A stretch of 62,339 nucleotides of DNA, the filler included, from Basidioascus undulatus (taxonomy: Eukaryota): the NCBI GenBank assembly GCA_000826855.1. It is 8 parts of 8 records of this genome, joined end to end, with 100 filler letters (N's around TTAATTAATTAA, not from the genome) between each part and the next. Parts side by side here need not be neighbours in the genome. Positions count along the whole stretch, not along the records: positions 7,837 to 15,572 come from JTLS01001502.1; positions 15,673 to 23,403 come from JTLS01001503.1; positions 23,504 to 31,223 come from JTLS01001504.1; 5 more parts are not named here. One strand, given 5' to 3'. This document shows, piece by piece, positions 12,146 through 24,069 of this stretch. Numbering within the stretch: position 1 is the stretch's first letter; each line of letters starts with the position of its first letter. Both the position numbers and the translations under genes were made by a program. The notes beneath the pieces were generated by a model that made no database searches, was not told where the DNA came from, and saw nothing but the letters and a program-made list of their open reading frames with translations.

Positions 12146-12901
12146 GTCTGAAAAAAATAGACATGGGCCCCAATGAACAAGCGGTCTATTTGAGATGAGG
12201 TGGGACTTTTCCTCAGAAGGTGGTATTTCCCTTCAGCAGGTTGGATTTGCAGATGGGCCACGGCTGAGGTGCATACCTACCATGGCTGAGGGGAAGATGT
12301 CTCAGGGGAAGACAAGTGACAGCTAAGGGGAAGATAAGCTACAGCTGAGGGGAACACAAGCCATGTCTGCACCTGCCATTCTGAGGGTCAGCCAGCCACA
12401 TCTGAGATGCAGACAGCCATGGCTGAGTTGCAGACACACCACAGCTGAGGTGCAAATGAGCCACGGAAGTGGTGCAGCCACACCATGTGTGGAATATCTG
12501 AAGCATAGAATGTGTTTCAAAAACAGACATAGGTCTGGAATTCCAGAGACATGGGTTTAGAATTTCAGACAGAGTGCAGCTGATGGACAGACACCTGTCT
12601 GAAAAATAACATACATCTGAATGCATAGACATGTGTCTGCAATGTCATAAGTTAACTGGCTGGATAGACACAAGTCTGAGTAAATAGACATGTGTCTGGA
12701 AATTCAGAAAGGTTGTGTGTGTCTGGGCAGACATGAGTGTGGAAAAAATAGACACATTTATGGGAGAATACACACATGTTTGACAAAATAGACATGTACA
12801 TACATGTGAGGAAATAGACATGTGTCAGAAGAAAGAGACATGGGTTTGAAATTTCATATACAGAAAATCTGGAAGGATAGCCATATGTCTGAAAAATATC
12901 A

Positions 12902-13152
12902 TCACAGACATCCCCACAGACATCCCCACAGACATCCCCACAGACATGTACATGGACATCCTCATGGACATGCACACTGAAATCGTGATGGAAATCCTGA
13001 TGGACCACCCCTCAGACATCCCCGTGTATCCCCATCCCAACAGACAGCTCCATGGACATCCCCACACAGCTCCACACAGACATGGTCATGGAGATCTTCA
13101 CAGACATATCCACAAATATGGATGGACATTCTCACAGATATTCTTGCAGACA
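12902..13152 (+). repeat. Degenerate 12-bp tandem array (GACATCCCCACA), inverted relative to 11870-12145
   Basis: Three perfect ACAGACATCCCC units from about 12904, followed by degenerate copies. Confidence 0.85.
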
Positions 13153-14877
13153 GACTCCAACTTGTATGGAATCTCATGTCACCTTGTGAGCCGTCTTCAT
13201 CAGCACTGCAGCCACACAATGTTGAGGTTTTGCCAATGACTAGGCTCTGTGACCATCTGGAAGTGTGGTGTTGTCTTGTCAGCAATTTGACCACTATAAA
13301 TGCCATATGGTTGTCATCAGTGTCAGCACATTGGCACTGGAGCTGTTAGTTGGTAGTTATGTGGTACACTCTGCAGCCATTCTAGCTGCATAACAACAAC
13401 TTCAAAGTTGTTCTTTCTCTTTCATTATGGGATAATTTACGAATTGAATTACATTGTATGCATATGTCCGCTCTTGTTACAGAATGTGGAGAATGAGAAC
13501 CACGGTGATCCTTTACTGTCCCCATGCCTGCATCAAGATCCCCAATCCCGTCATACTGCATACTGTAGCTGAAACCACATAGCTTCACACATGATGCTTA
13601 CTTTTCAGGAAGTGGTCAACATTCCAGCACAGCTACTGGAACTGCAATCAATGGATCATGGTGGTATGTACCCTTTCAGGCTCCGGGACACTGTTCCTTC
13701 GGTAATCTCTGCATCATGTGCATCAAGCTGGTCAGGTAGATAAAGAGAGATCAATACCAGTTTTCCTACCTGTGTTCTCAGAACGGTCCTGTGGCTAAAG
13801 GTATCAGTTCATGATAGAGACATGTGAGCTGCCACAAAACTGCAAGAATGAAAGATAGGTAGCTACACACTTTGAAGACCATGAGATGAACATTGAGTGA
13901 TGAGGTCAAGGTGCAAAGAAGGCCTCTGCCCATTTCCCCTTTCTTTCAAAGCAGCTGAAGCAGCACCACAGCTGATCAAGATGGCTCTCATGCTATCTTC
14001 TTTGCATGTGCAGTTGAAACAGTGCCATAGCTGACCCAGAATGGCAGCCATGCAGTCCTTGCTGCTTCCATCCAGGACAGCAACAAAACATAAAGATCAA
14101 TCTTCTGGTAGCATGACCCAGTCCATCTTCCCTGAAAAACAGGATGGATTCTGTTGCCACAACAGTTTATAAATGCTGGGAGTGCCAAGCAGTCAGTGGT
14201 GGGGCTTGGTTGCAAGTTGAATATGACAAGTGGCACACCTGCTCAGCACTCTCGCTTGTATGTGAAAAAAGTGTGCATGAAGGAGAAATTGGCTGGGGCA
14301 GGGTACAGATTGCTTGACTGTGCTCTCACTCGTGCCCTTGCCCTTCTCCCTCACCTTCTCCTGGACTATGTTTGAGTGCTGACACCTGCTGACAGGGAGT
14401 AGATGAGGAAGGGCAGGATTAAGGTGCAGGAGACAGCCAGGGCTTCCTATTCTGTGAGGGGTTTGGGCCAATAGATATGGCTGTTGTGTCATTGAGAGGG
14501 TTGATTAGTTGGTATAAGCAGGGAAGCCGGGGGTACATCAATCAGGTGGAGGACAGTCTCCTCCCGGGTTTGACCTTGATCCTTGAATGCACTGTTCCAC
14601 ACTTTCAGTTTGCTTGTGTGGTAATTTTTAATCAGTTCTTAAGTCTGGCGCTCTTTTCAAAGCTGTCAGAAAAGGTGTTCCAATGCAGCAGAATTTCTGC
14701 ATCTGCCAATGTGCTACCCAACAACAGATTCACACACAAGAACAACTGCATCTGGTGAAGTCTCAAACTGCACTTGTGCAGCAGAACTTCCATGCGTGCA
14801 GAATTTCTGCACCTACAAAACCTGCTGTCAGGCAACAGGGTTGAGAAAATCTGCTGACAAGGGGCAGCATTTCTGCA

Positions 14878-15180
14878 GCAGGACTTCCCACAGTGACATT
14901 GAGGTATCCCACAGGATATCAGGACGTCCTGGAAAGCCCGTACGACATGCAGACATCCCATTGGAGATAAGGATGTCCCACAGGACGTCAGGATGTCTGA
15001 GATGTTCAATAGGACATTGGGACATGAGGCAGTACATCAAAACATCCCATGCGACATCAGGACGTCCTGGATGTCCTGTAGGACATTGAAACGCCCCACA
15101 GGACATCCTGATGTTTGCACACGACATCAGGACATCCTGTAGGATGTCCCCATTGGGAATAGGACATTTCTTTGGGACAC
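14878..15180. repeat. Array of GGACGTCC/GGACATCC/GGATGTCC motifs (probable subterminal repeats)
   Basis: The palindromic 8-mer and its CpG-deaminated variants recur many times just inside a CAGGGG-type end at 15202 (minus strand). Confidence 0.75.
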
Positions 15181-15572
15181 AGGCATGTGCTTAGATCCCC
15201 TGAAGGAGAAATATTTCATAACCGCCCCCAAACGGAGGAACCTTTATGAAACAATTATCTAACTCATTCACAACTGTGCAAGTTCGGCTGACAGTGGTGT
15301 ACTGAAATATTGCCTGCAAGCTCTTTGTAGTTGAACTGAACTGCCACTGCAGAAGCTTTGGCGACCATACCTCCGAGCACACAAAACAATCAAGTTTTCC
15401 GTACAAATTCATGTTTGCAAGCTTTATGTACGAATTGGGTCAACTCACCCTCGGTAGTTTGGCGCTCCCCCTCTCTCAACCTGACACGTCCCCGCGCTCG
15501 TCTCGCGTGGTGCCTGGCTTCCCCTTCTCCCATCGCAATCCCCTCTCCCTCCCCACCCTCCCGGAGGAGGCG

Positions 15573-15672
15573 NNNNNNNNNNNNNNNNNNNNNNNNNNNN
15601 NNNNNNNNNNNNNNNNTTAATTAATTAANNNNNNNNNNNNNNNNNNNNNNNNNNNNNNNNNNNNNNNNNNNN
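15573..15672. other. Artificial contig linker
   Basis: 44N-TTAATTAATTAA-44N. Confidence 0.98.
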
Positions 15673-16363
15673 GCGGCGCGAGAGAGGGAGGAGGACGAAG
15701 CGGTGGGTCGAGGGGGGTCGCCGGTGGGGTTAATGCATGTTACGACAGGACTTGCGTGTCAGGCGGGGCAATCGGCGGAGAAGCGCTATACTCAGCTTTG
15801 ACTCCATCGTAATGCCGAAGAGCGGTAGTTTGCCCAACAAAGGCCAGACCCACGAGGGGCCGACTGCTGCTGCCATTTGCTTTGTTTTCGACAGTGAGCA
15901 TGGCGCCCATGACAAAGTCTCTCGTGCGCCATCGGGCCTATGGAAACTTATCAAAAACCCAGCTGCCTCTATTGCCCAGACCAACAGCTGCTACGGCGAG
16001 GCACTCAAGCCGAAAGCACTTGAACTGAAATCGAAACGCTTTCACCGTTCTGCCCCTTCCTCAGCTTAGCCGTGCGATCGAAGCTGCACGAAAGAGCACA
16101 GGAATTCAAATCATTCGAACCAATTTATATTTATATTTCAACATTCAAACCGAGCAACATTCGTCCCATCATACACCAGCGTGGGCGAGGGTGGAGCTCC
16201 CAGTCGCCAGACTTGACGGACGCAATCACGCTGCCATAACTGCCTAGTACCGCCACTCCCTAGTACCGCCACTCTTCAAACGGGGATGTCACTTGCTTGA
16301 CCGGGTTCGACTTTTCTCGCTCTCATACATCGCTAATTGTCTACCCAGGCGCTTCCACCTCGC

Positions 16364-17193
16364 TCAAGTGCAATATAGCTCTCTCTGATTAAATCCGCTT
16401 ATTTCGTGGTCACTGAAAACCCGAGGATTCCCATCGCTGAATTCAAGGCAGAGCTTCACGCCCAAGGGCCTCATCGACACCATCGACCCCCGCGGGGTCA
16501 AGTTCCACGGTAAGTCGATCCGACAGCTATAGGTCCAGAAGAGCCACAGCTTATCAAGTTTATTGGTGGTTACAGACCTCATAACCCTACAGCACCTTGG
16601 GAGGGGCTCGTTGTCTCGGAGTGGATTCTCGGCCTCTTACAACGTCGAACAGGACAGTGGGACCGGGAGGGCAGCGTCGATGATGAAGAATGTACCACTG
16701 ATTTAGTGCCACAGGTTTCCATTTGCATTCCACCGAGTATTACCAGCAATTAGAAGACAGTGCAGTCCGGCAGCGAGGTCCGTAAGTGACAATGAATGCA
16801 TCCCGCGTGTGTCCCCCCAGCATGTTGATCTCAGGCCGGCTGACAACGTTCTACCGTGCTTCCAGATGCAAAGTTGAGTTCCAAACCTGTGACAACCGGA
16901 AACGTTAATCGCCAGCACTCACCCTACCGCGACAGTGTCGCTGCGTTGCGCTTTATGCGCTTTCCTTCTCGCTGGTTCCTGTCGGACGGGCCACCGTGTC
17001 TCGAAGCCTTGGAAGTCCCAATAAGGCTCCCGAGTGTGGTGGTAATGCGACGGTAGAGGAACCCAGGCGCGCTCGAGGTCGCCGTGGTGTCGACTTCGAA
17101 AGGCGGCGGAGGGGTTGCAGCGACTTGATATGAGGGCGGCGGGCCGACCGGCTTTTTCAGTGGCTGGTCCCCAGGAGGAGTGTTATGCGACAT
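16364..17193 (-). CDS. Possible hypothetical multi-exon gene with PPSY motif
   Basis: MSHNTPPGDQPLKKPVGPPPSYQ... followed by plausible donors and acceptors; exon structure unresolved. Confidence 0.25.
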
Positions 17194-18117
17194 GCTTCGG
17201 GTATAGCTTTGAATGAAATAGAGGACCGAGGAGGTGCAACCTCGCCAGTCAAGAAGAGAGGAATATCGAGAGCTGGTTAAGGCGCTCCGTGGCTTAGCTT
17301 CCTGGACAGCGATCGACCCTTCCGACTCCAGCCGTGACGTGGAGCCCCTGGAAGTCATACATGGAGGAAAAATGACTGATGCCGAATGAGATTGGGCACA
17401 TGAATTCGACCGCTCAGCGAGAAGCCACAGGCGAACATGAGTCATGTCTGCAGAACGGCGCAAGTACTCTGCGTACTAGCACCTGTAAATCACCGGGGGG
17501 ATTCCAGTAGCGGCCGATGGCCCAGAAATTAATCCATACATGTGCTTCGATGACTTGTGATGGTACGTAGGTTGTTCTCGAACAGGATCGAAGAGGGACT
17601 CCGCAGAGGCGGGAGGCGGACTGTCGAGTCATAAATGCTCAGCAGCGGCCTCTGCCAGGAACTACGGTGTTGTTGCCCACACTCCGTTTACTGCATGATT
17701 TGTGACTCCTATTCTAGCTTCTCGGAAATACTGTGGTGTGTCACAAAAAAATGTCGATCTTCGTGACCATGTGCTGCTTGTAAGTGGGACTGCCTGCAAC
17801 GTGATGGCCATCCCTGCTATGACCACAGAGCACTCTGCACCTTGATGGGTATCTTGGATTCCCTTATGCACTCTTTCTGTATTAATAATTACAGAAATTC
17901 CTTCATAATCATCTTGTGAACTGCAAAGGATGTGCACAGTGTTGTCGGGCTTTGTACTCTTCGGCATTGTGTATTCACGCATACCGAAAGGGCCTGCAGC
18001 TGCCTCTCACGTGCCTGAGATTTTGGACCGCCGCTCACCTTTCACCCCTTGCTCTTTGCTCGTCTTCTCAATCGTATTTCAGCTCATACCCAACCTTCGA
18101 CGCCCGTTCACGTAGCC

Positions 18118-19214
18118 ATGTCACGTCCCGAGCACATTGCCCCGCCCGAAATCGTGCGCTTGTCGCTTGAACATTCATAGCGGCAGCGCCTCAGACCCTG
18201 ACAATGCGCTCCTCCGCTCCTGCAGTTCTACGGCGACACCGAAGCCAAGAAGTACACGGCAAACACCCGCATTCAGGCAATCCAGGCCGAGATGACGTAC
18301 CGTGCTCTGGAGCTGCTCAACCTTCCCGACGACGAGCCGAAGCTGCTGCTGGATATCGGGTGCGGGAGCGGGCTGAGTGGAGAGATTTTGGAGGAGGAGG
18401 GACACACCTGGGTCGGCGTGGACATCTCTCCGAGCATGTTGGGTGAGTCGAGGCTGAATAAGTTCCTTACACATAGACCAACTGACGGGCGGGAGCAGAG
18501 GTTGCGATCGATCGGGAGGTTGAGGGGGACCTGTTTTTGCAGGACATCGGGCAGGGCTTCGGTTTCCGGCCAGGTAGCTTTGATGGCGCGATAAGGTGGG
18601 TGGATGATCCATTGGAATGGGTCTCCGCGCATGTCTCCGCTCACATTCCTAATTCGCCATCTCACAGCGTCTCTGTCCTGCAATGGCTCTGCAACGCCGA
18701 CTCCTCCGACCACTCCCCTCCACAACGACTCAACCGCTTCTTCTCTACCCTTTACGCCTCCCTGGCCCGCGGCGCCCGCGCCGTCTTCCAATTCTATCCC
18801 GAATCCGACGATCAAGTGCATTTCATCATGAGCATTGCCATGAAGGCCGGCTTCGCGGGCGGTCTCGTCGTGGACTTCCCCAACTCGCGGAAGGCGAAGA
18901 AGTTCTACCTCTGCTTGTTCGCAGGCGTCGACCCGAGGCGCGTCGAAATGCCGAAGGGGCTGGAGGGCGAGGGCGAAGAGACGGTGGACTATGAGGCGCG
19001 GCGCACGAGGGAGCGCAAGAACAAGGGCAAGGGCAAGCGCAAGAGCGTAAAAGACAAGGACTGGATCCTGCGGAAGAAGGAGGTGCGCTACCATCGCCCT
19101 GTTCTTGCGAGGGGAGCTGATCCGATGTTATTGCAGCTCTACCGCTCCCGCGGAAAGGAAGACGTTCCTCGCGACTCGAAGTACACCGGTCGCAAACGTA
19201 GAACCGTCTTCTAG
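18118..19214 (+). CDS. BUD23: 18S rRNA (guanine-N7)-methyltransferase Bud23/WBSCR22; 4 introns
   Basis: [89 protein letters not shown]. Confidence 0.97.
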
Positions 19215-19491
19215 ACTTTTCGCTGTTGCATCGCTACCTGTATTCTACCACTTGTATCTGCAATAATACCCACGCACATCACTCTTTGCGGTCAATTTGA
19301 GACTGGCGATTGTTTGACGCCTGCGTTCCGGCAGCCGCGGTCGCTGGAAGCCTGAAACGCGCGAATCCAGGGCTTAGGATCGCGGCGCGACTCGCCCCTC
19401 TTTGTCTTCTCTCTCACCTTCAGCCCTTACCTCGCTTGATTCCCCCCACCAAGAGCTACTGACGACTTAACGAAGGTTACGATATCTGGAT

Positions 19492-22400
19492 ATGCCGAGT
19501 ATCTTTGAGCGCGCCCACCCCCCCCGCTCAGCTTCCGAAGTCCTGGAGGAGGTGCGCACGTTGAACGGCTGACGGTGCACGTTACGAGGCTCATCCTGTA
19601 CCTACATTCACAGCTTCGGAAGGCCGAAGCTCGTCGGCAGGTTCTCAGCAGGTCCGCTCAAGCTGGACGTGCTCATCTCATTAGTGTACTCATGCTGAGC
19701 ATCCGCACACGCACCATAATCACCCGCACACGCTGCTTCACTTCGCTTCGAATCTCGTTTCGACTTCATCACATACTCGCTATCGCGACGTCGACGAGCT
19801 TACAGGATAAGCTGGCTTCCCGATATCTTCCGCATCAAGGGATCGACTCTGCCGTTTGTCGCGGGTACGTCCACAGCGACACATGGAACGTCTGCGCGCC
19901 CCACTGACCCTTTCAAGCAGGTCCGGTGCTGACGATGACCCTCGTGCGTGCAATGCACTGCAGCGTTCTTGTATCTCTTGTATCGATGCGCTCACCGCCT
20001 CTTGCCTATAGATCGCAACTGCGGTCGCGGTGGCTAGCATGGTGTACGGGAAGAATCTGGGTAAGAGTGCCCATTCCCTTGCATGGTAAAATGCTCATGG
20101 TTTTCCTGCAGGCTTGACGAACTCGGTCGGTAAGTCGGCGTGGCTATTGCCGGATGGGCGAATGGCTCTGATCATTCATTGACAGTTCCGCTGCTCTCGG
20201 TCGTCGTCGGCTTGTTGCTGGTGTTCCGTAACGGGACTTCGTACGACAGGTACATCAGAATTGCGAAGAATATCATCCGGCGGCCCAACTTACCGCTCCT
20301 GTGCGTTTCCAAGGTATTACGAAGGGAGAAGAGGTGCGCGGATTCGTTCTCCAGCAAGCGCAAGTCCTGTCTAGCTCAACCACAACGCCCATAGACTTCG
20401 GGCAGCTGGTGATTGGACTTTCCAGTTTGTTGAAGAATTGAAACGTACGCTGACGTTTTCGAGGGCCAGATGTCGAACGTGCGCTTCTTGACCGCTCGCG
20501 CTGTTGAGCCGTCGTTGCTCACCTTTTCTTCTGGTAGGTCCGCAACCTGGTGAGTCTGGAGCCATATCATGAGAAAACCCAGCACTTACTAACCGTTTCC
20601 GGAAATATCCAGGCCCGTCTGACCTGGATTCAAGTCGTTCCGAAGAGCGAGCAGGCGCATCCGGCGCGCCTTTTGCCCATCTCTTTCGGAGGGGGCCACG
20701 AGGGACCTGCACCGGCTAATGAGGAGACGGAGAAGGCGAGGGCGCTGCGGGAAGACAAGGCTCGCGCACTGCGACTCATGTGGGATCCCATGTCTCATTT
20801 TTTCCCTTCGGCTTCTGCTCAATGTCGCGGCCTGGTAGGGTCGGATTCGTCTACGCCACTATCCGTTCGTATTCTGGCTTTTCGGAACACTGCTTTCTTC
20901 AGTAACGCGTTCCTCGGCAGACCACCTTCGCGGCGAGCCAGAAGCGGACCTCGAGGACTATGATGGACTGCGTGGGTCAACCTCAGTCGGCTTTAGATTG
21001 ACACGTAGGACTGTCTTCTGCCTATCCAGTGCCTGATGAGATGCGCCTCGGCGGAACTGGTTACGACGTCAACGGCAATTCGAACCGTAGGGACTACGGT
21101 TCTATGGACGACACCTCATCTGGCGGCGCGAGCGGGACGAGCACCCCGCGTCAGTCGACAACGTCGTCGCGGAGCACCATGACCCCGGCGCGCGAGCGCA
21201 AGCCGCTGCTCGTTACAACGTGCGTCCCAGGGCAGGCTGAAGCGCTGAATCTAACAGTGCTGACCATCCGCCTGTCGCAGTCATCAAGCTATATCGATCA
21301 AGTTCTTCCCGCATGCTCCAACGATGCCGCTGCCGCTCCTGTAGGCACGGTTCCATCATGCTAGTGGAGAGAAGCCGAGTTTCTGAACTTCCCCCAGGAT
21401 CACGTTCGAGCTCACGAGGATCTTTACCAAGTGGAAGCGTGAAGGATGCCGTGCGCGTTTGTGGCCTAAACATCCTGTTCTCAACTGATCTTTGGCTTTT
21501 TAGTTGACGCTCTCGGGCCTGCTGGTACGTCGACTGATACTCGACCAATCCCGAAGTACACGCTTATCTGAACTACAATTACAGGCTTCAACCAACTTCA
21601 AACTCTCATCGGTGGGCTGAACGACCAGCTGCAGAATCTGGAGAGGGTAAGGAAGGTCCTTGCGGGTGCATTTACGCCTGGTTGAATGTCCGCTGACTGT
21701 TCGATCGTGCATGCCGAGTAGATCGCGCGCACTCCTATGTCTGTATCCGTCTCCCTCTTGAAACCCAGCGACAACCCGCTGACCACTCCCTGCAGTCCGA
21801 TCGTTTACGGGATCCACTTGAAGCAATGCGTGTCATTCTACCTCTTTGCTCTCCGTATGTCCGCACCCTGCACCAGACATTGTCTACCACGCGTTGACCT
21901 CGTGCGAGCTTCCGAGGACGCAGCTTTCACGTAAGCAGCACGGAACGTGCGCAACATGTATTGAACTTTCGCTGACTTCGATGCATTAGCCTGGTCGGAG
22001 ATCTTGGCTGGAAGGTCAGCCGACGTTCCTAGACGCGCGCCCTTGCCGCTGCTGATGAACAATGCAATCGCGCAGATGATCCCGTAAGCTTCAGGTCTCT
22101 TCGCCCACTCGAACAGAGGGCTGATACTCCTCCGCAGCTTCGTAACGCTCATCTCGTTCACGCTGATGGATAAGCCCTTTCCACCCCTGTCCTTCGCACT
22201 CTCAACGAGCTGACACCCCCTGCCCCAATGCACGGATCGAGGGAATTTGTATGCATCCTATCTCTTCTTGCCATCCTTTTGAAGCTGGACGCTGAATCTT
22301 CGCCCGCCAATACGACAGCAAGCGAGATCGAGAACCGTGAGTCGTTCTGATGTTCCTCGAGCGATTGCGATAACATTGACAGGCTTGATGTGATGCGCTT

Positions 22401-22632
22401 CAGCCTTCGGCCATGACGAGAACGACCTGCCGCTCGACCTTTTTGCTGCGGAAATCAAGCACGAGCTCGAGTGCGCATTGTAGCCCCTCGTGTCTATACG
22501 AGTACTCTGTTGAGACTGATTCCCCGCTTCGTTGTGGACAGATACTACATTCAAGAGTACTGTGCTCGTCTGCGGTTCATCCGATTTTGTGTGCTGACTG
22601 TCGCCGGCCTCCGCAGGCTGCCCGACAACTAG
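19492..22632 (+). CDS. Bestrophin-family (UPF0187/YneE-type) anion channel; about 30 exons
   Basis: Manual splicing gives VPLLSVVVGLLLVFRNGTSYDRYYEGRRDFGQL, LERIARTPIPIVYGIHLKQCVSFYLFALPFTLV and FTLMGIEGISSEIENPFGHDENDLPLD. Confidence 0.92.
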
Positions 22633-22999
22633 ATGCCACTAGTCGATTCGGCTGCTGGTCAGCTCTCGGCTGCTCACGCACTGCGCTCTCCGCCCCTCCG
22701 CATCACCCTGTCACGGCCTGTCCGCATTCCGCACCTCGCACGACCTGCTGTTGCATCGCCACATTCATCTCATCCTCTCATCTTGGTCTCAGTTCAGCGC
22801 TGTCGAGTCATATTCATCAGTCTATGACAGCGTGTAGCCATAAACGAGTGCATGTCAAAGCGAGTGTCTTCGTCAGCATTCCAGTATCAAAAGGGAAACG
22901 AAAAAGCTCCCATAAATCCCAGCATACACTGCATCTCCATTGCCATTGGTTCCACGCCTCCCCGTTCTCTATACAAAGCATCTAATCCAAATACAACCC

Positions 23000-23403
23000 C
23001 TAGCATTCAACGATCTCAATAGTGGGCACCTGCATCCTCACGACGTCCTGGACCCCCGGGAACGCATCAAGCATGTCCTCCACGCTCTCCTCCCACTCGC
23101 CATCGTCGCTTCCCTCGTCGTCCGCCAGGCGCGAGTCGCGGCACCCCGCCTCCCACTCGGACGTCCGCTCGGTCTCCCAGTGCGTCCACGACCACGAGAG
23201 GGACAGCGCCCCGAGCGCGCCAGGGTCGATCGAGTCGCGCAAGTCGCTCGCTGCGATGGTGTCAGAGGTGCTGGGGATAGTGGGCAAGGAGGAGGACGAG
23301 AGGCGCGCCGGGAGGGTCGAGCGCCGGGCGCTCGGACTGTTGTCGGCGCGGAGGGAGGCGCGCTTGGTATGCGAAGAGGTGCCGGAGGCGGAGAAGGAGA
23401 AGA
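23000..23403 (-). CDS. 3' end of hypothetical protein, truncated by contig edge
   Basis: Frame is open from the linker to the stop at 23000 (...MLDAFPGVQDVVRMQVPTIEIVEC*), with coding-like GC3. Confidence 0.55.
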
Positions 23404-23503
23404 NNNNNNNNNNNNNNNNNNNNNNNNNNNNNNNNNNNNNNNNNNNNTTAATTAATTAANNNNNNNNNNNNNNNNNNNNNNNNNNNNNNNNNNNNNNNNN
23501 NNN
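23404..23503. other. Artificial contig linker
   Basis: 44N-TTAATTAATTAA-44N. Confidence 0.98.
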
Positions 23504-24069
23504 GATGAAATGGACACGTTGGTCCATCGGAAGAGGGTGTTCGGGGGAGGGGGGGTCGAGGTCGCGGTGGATGGGTGCGGCGCGGGGGTGGGGTCGAGCT
23601 GCTGAGTCGTTTGCAGGTGCCGAACTGGCGCGGCTACGAGTTTTGGGAGATTTCAGTAATTCGCTCCGAACGTAAGCAAAAAATGAAGCGCACAAGGACC
23701 AGCTCGCGCGACTGCCGGGGCAAGCGAGGAAGGCGCGGAGACCCTAGCGAGGCACTCTGTTCTCGCCCCTCGGATCAGCATGTCGGGTTCCGATACACCA
23801 TATTCCGGAGTCCGCTACGCACGGATCAGGTTTGAGGATATTCTACGAGCCATGGTGGGCGATGGGGATAGCGAGGAGGAGGAGCACGGCGAAGCGAGAA
23901 GGCACTCAGGCGAGACCAAGAGCAAGGCCGCCCGGTTGCGGCTGAAAGGACTTCATGGCGGGGCCTTATCGCCGAAAGACCGGGCCGGAACCGAAGCTGC
24001 CTGCTGCCTTCTCCCTTCCTACCATCAACCTTTCCCCATTCTTTACCCATCTTCATCGCTCAAAGCACC

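Larger units (their letters stand above)
11860..15202. mobile_element. CpG-depleted transposon relic(s), including a probable hAT-like DNA transposon remnant
   Basis: Abrupt fall in GC with near absence of CG and excess of TG/CA; several short-repeat arrays; no long ORF; decayed hAT-like motifs on the minus strand. Confidence 0.75.

Noticed and set aside
11856..13306. ORFs with TDIP/HPH/MSVG repeats, and a CRISPR-like look to the arrays
   Set aside because: Translations of a 12-bp DNA tandem repeat; no unique spacers, no cas genes, eukaryotic context.
22170..22233. Interpretation of the AT-AC intron as U12-type
   Set aside because: Lacks the ATATCCTT donor and TCCTTAAC branch consensus; its signals are U2-like.
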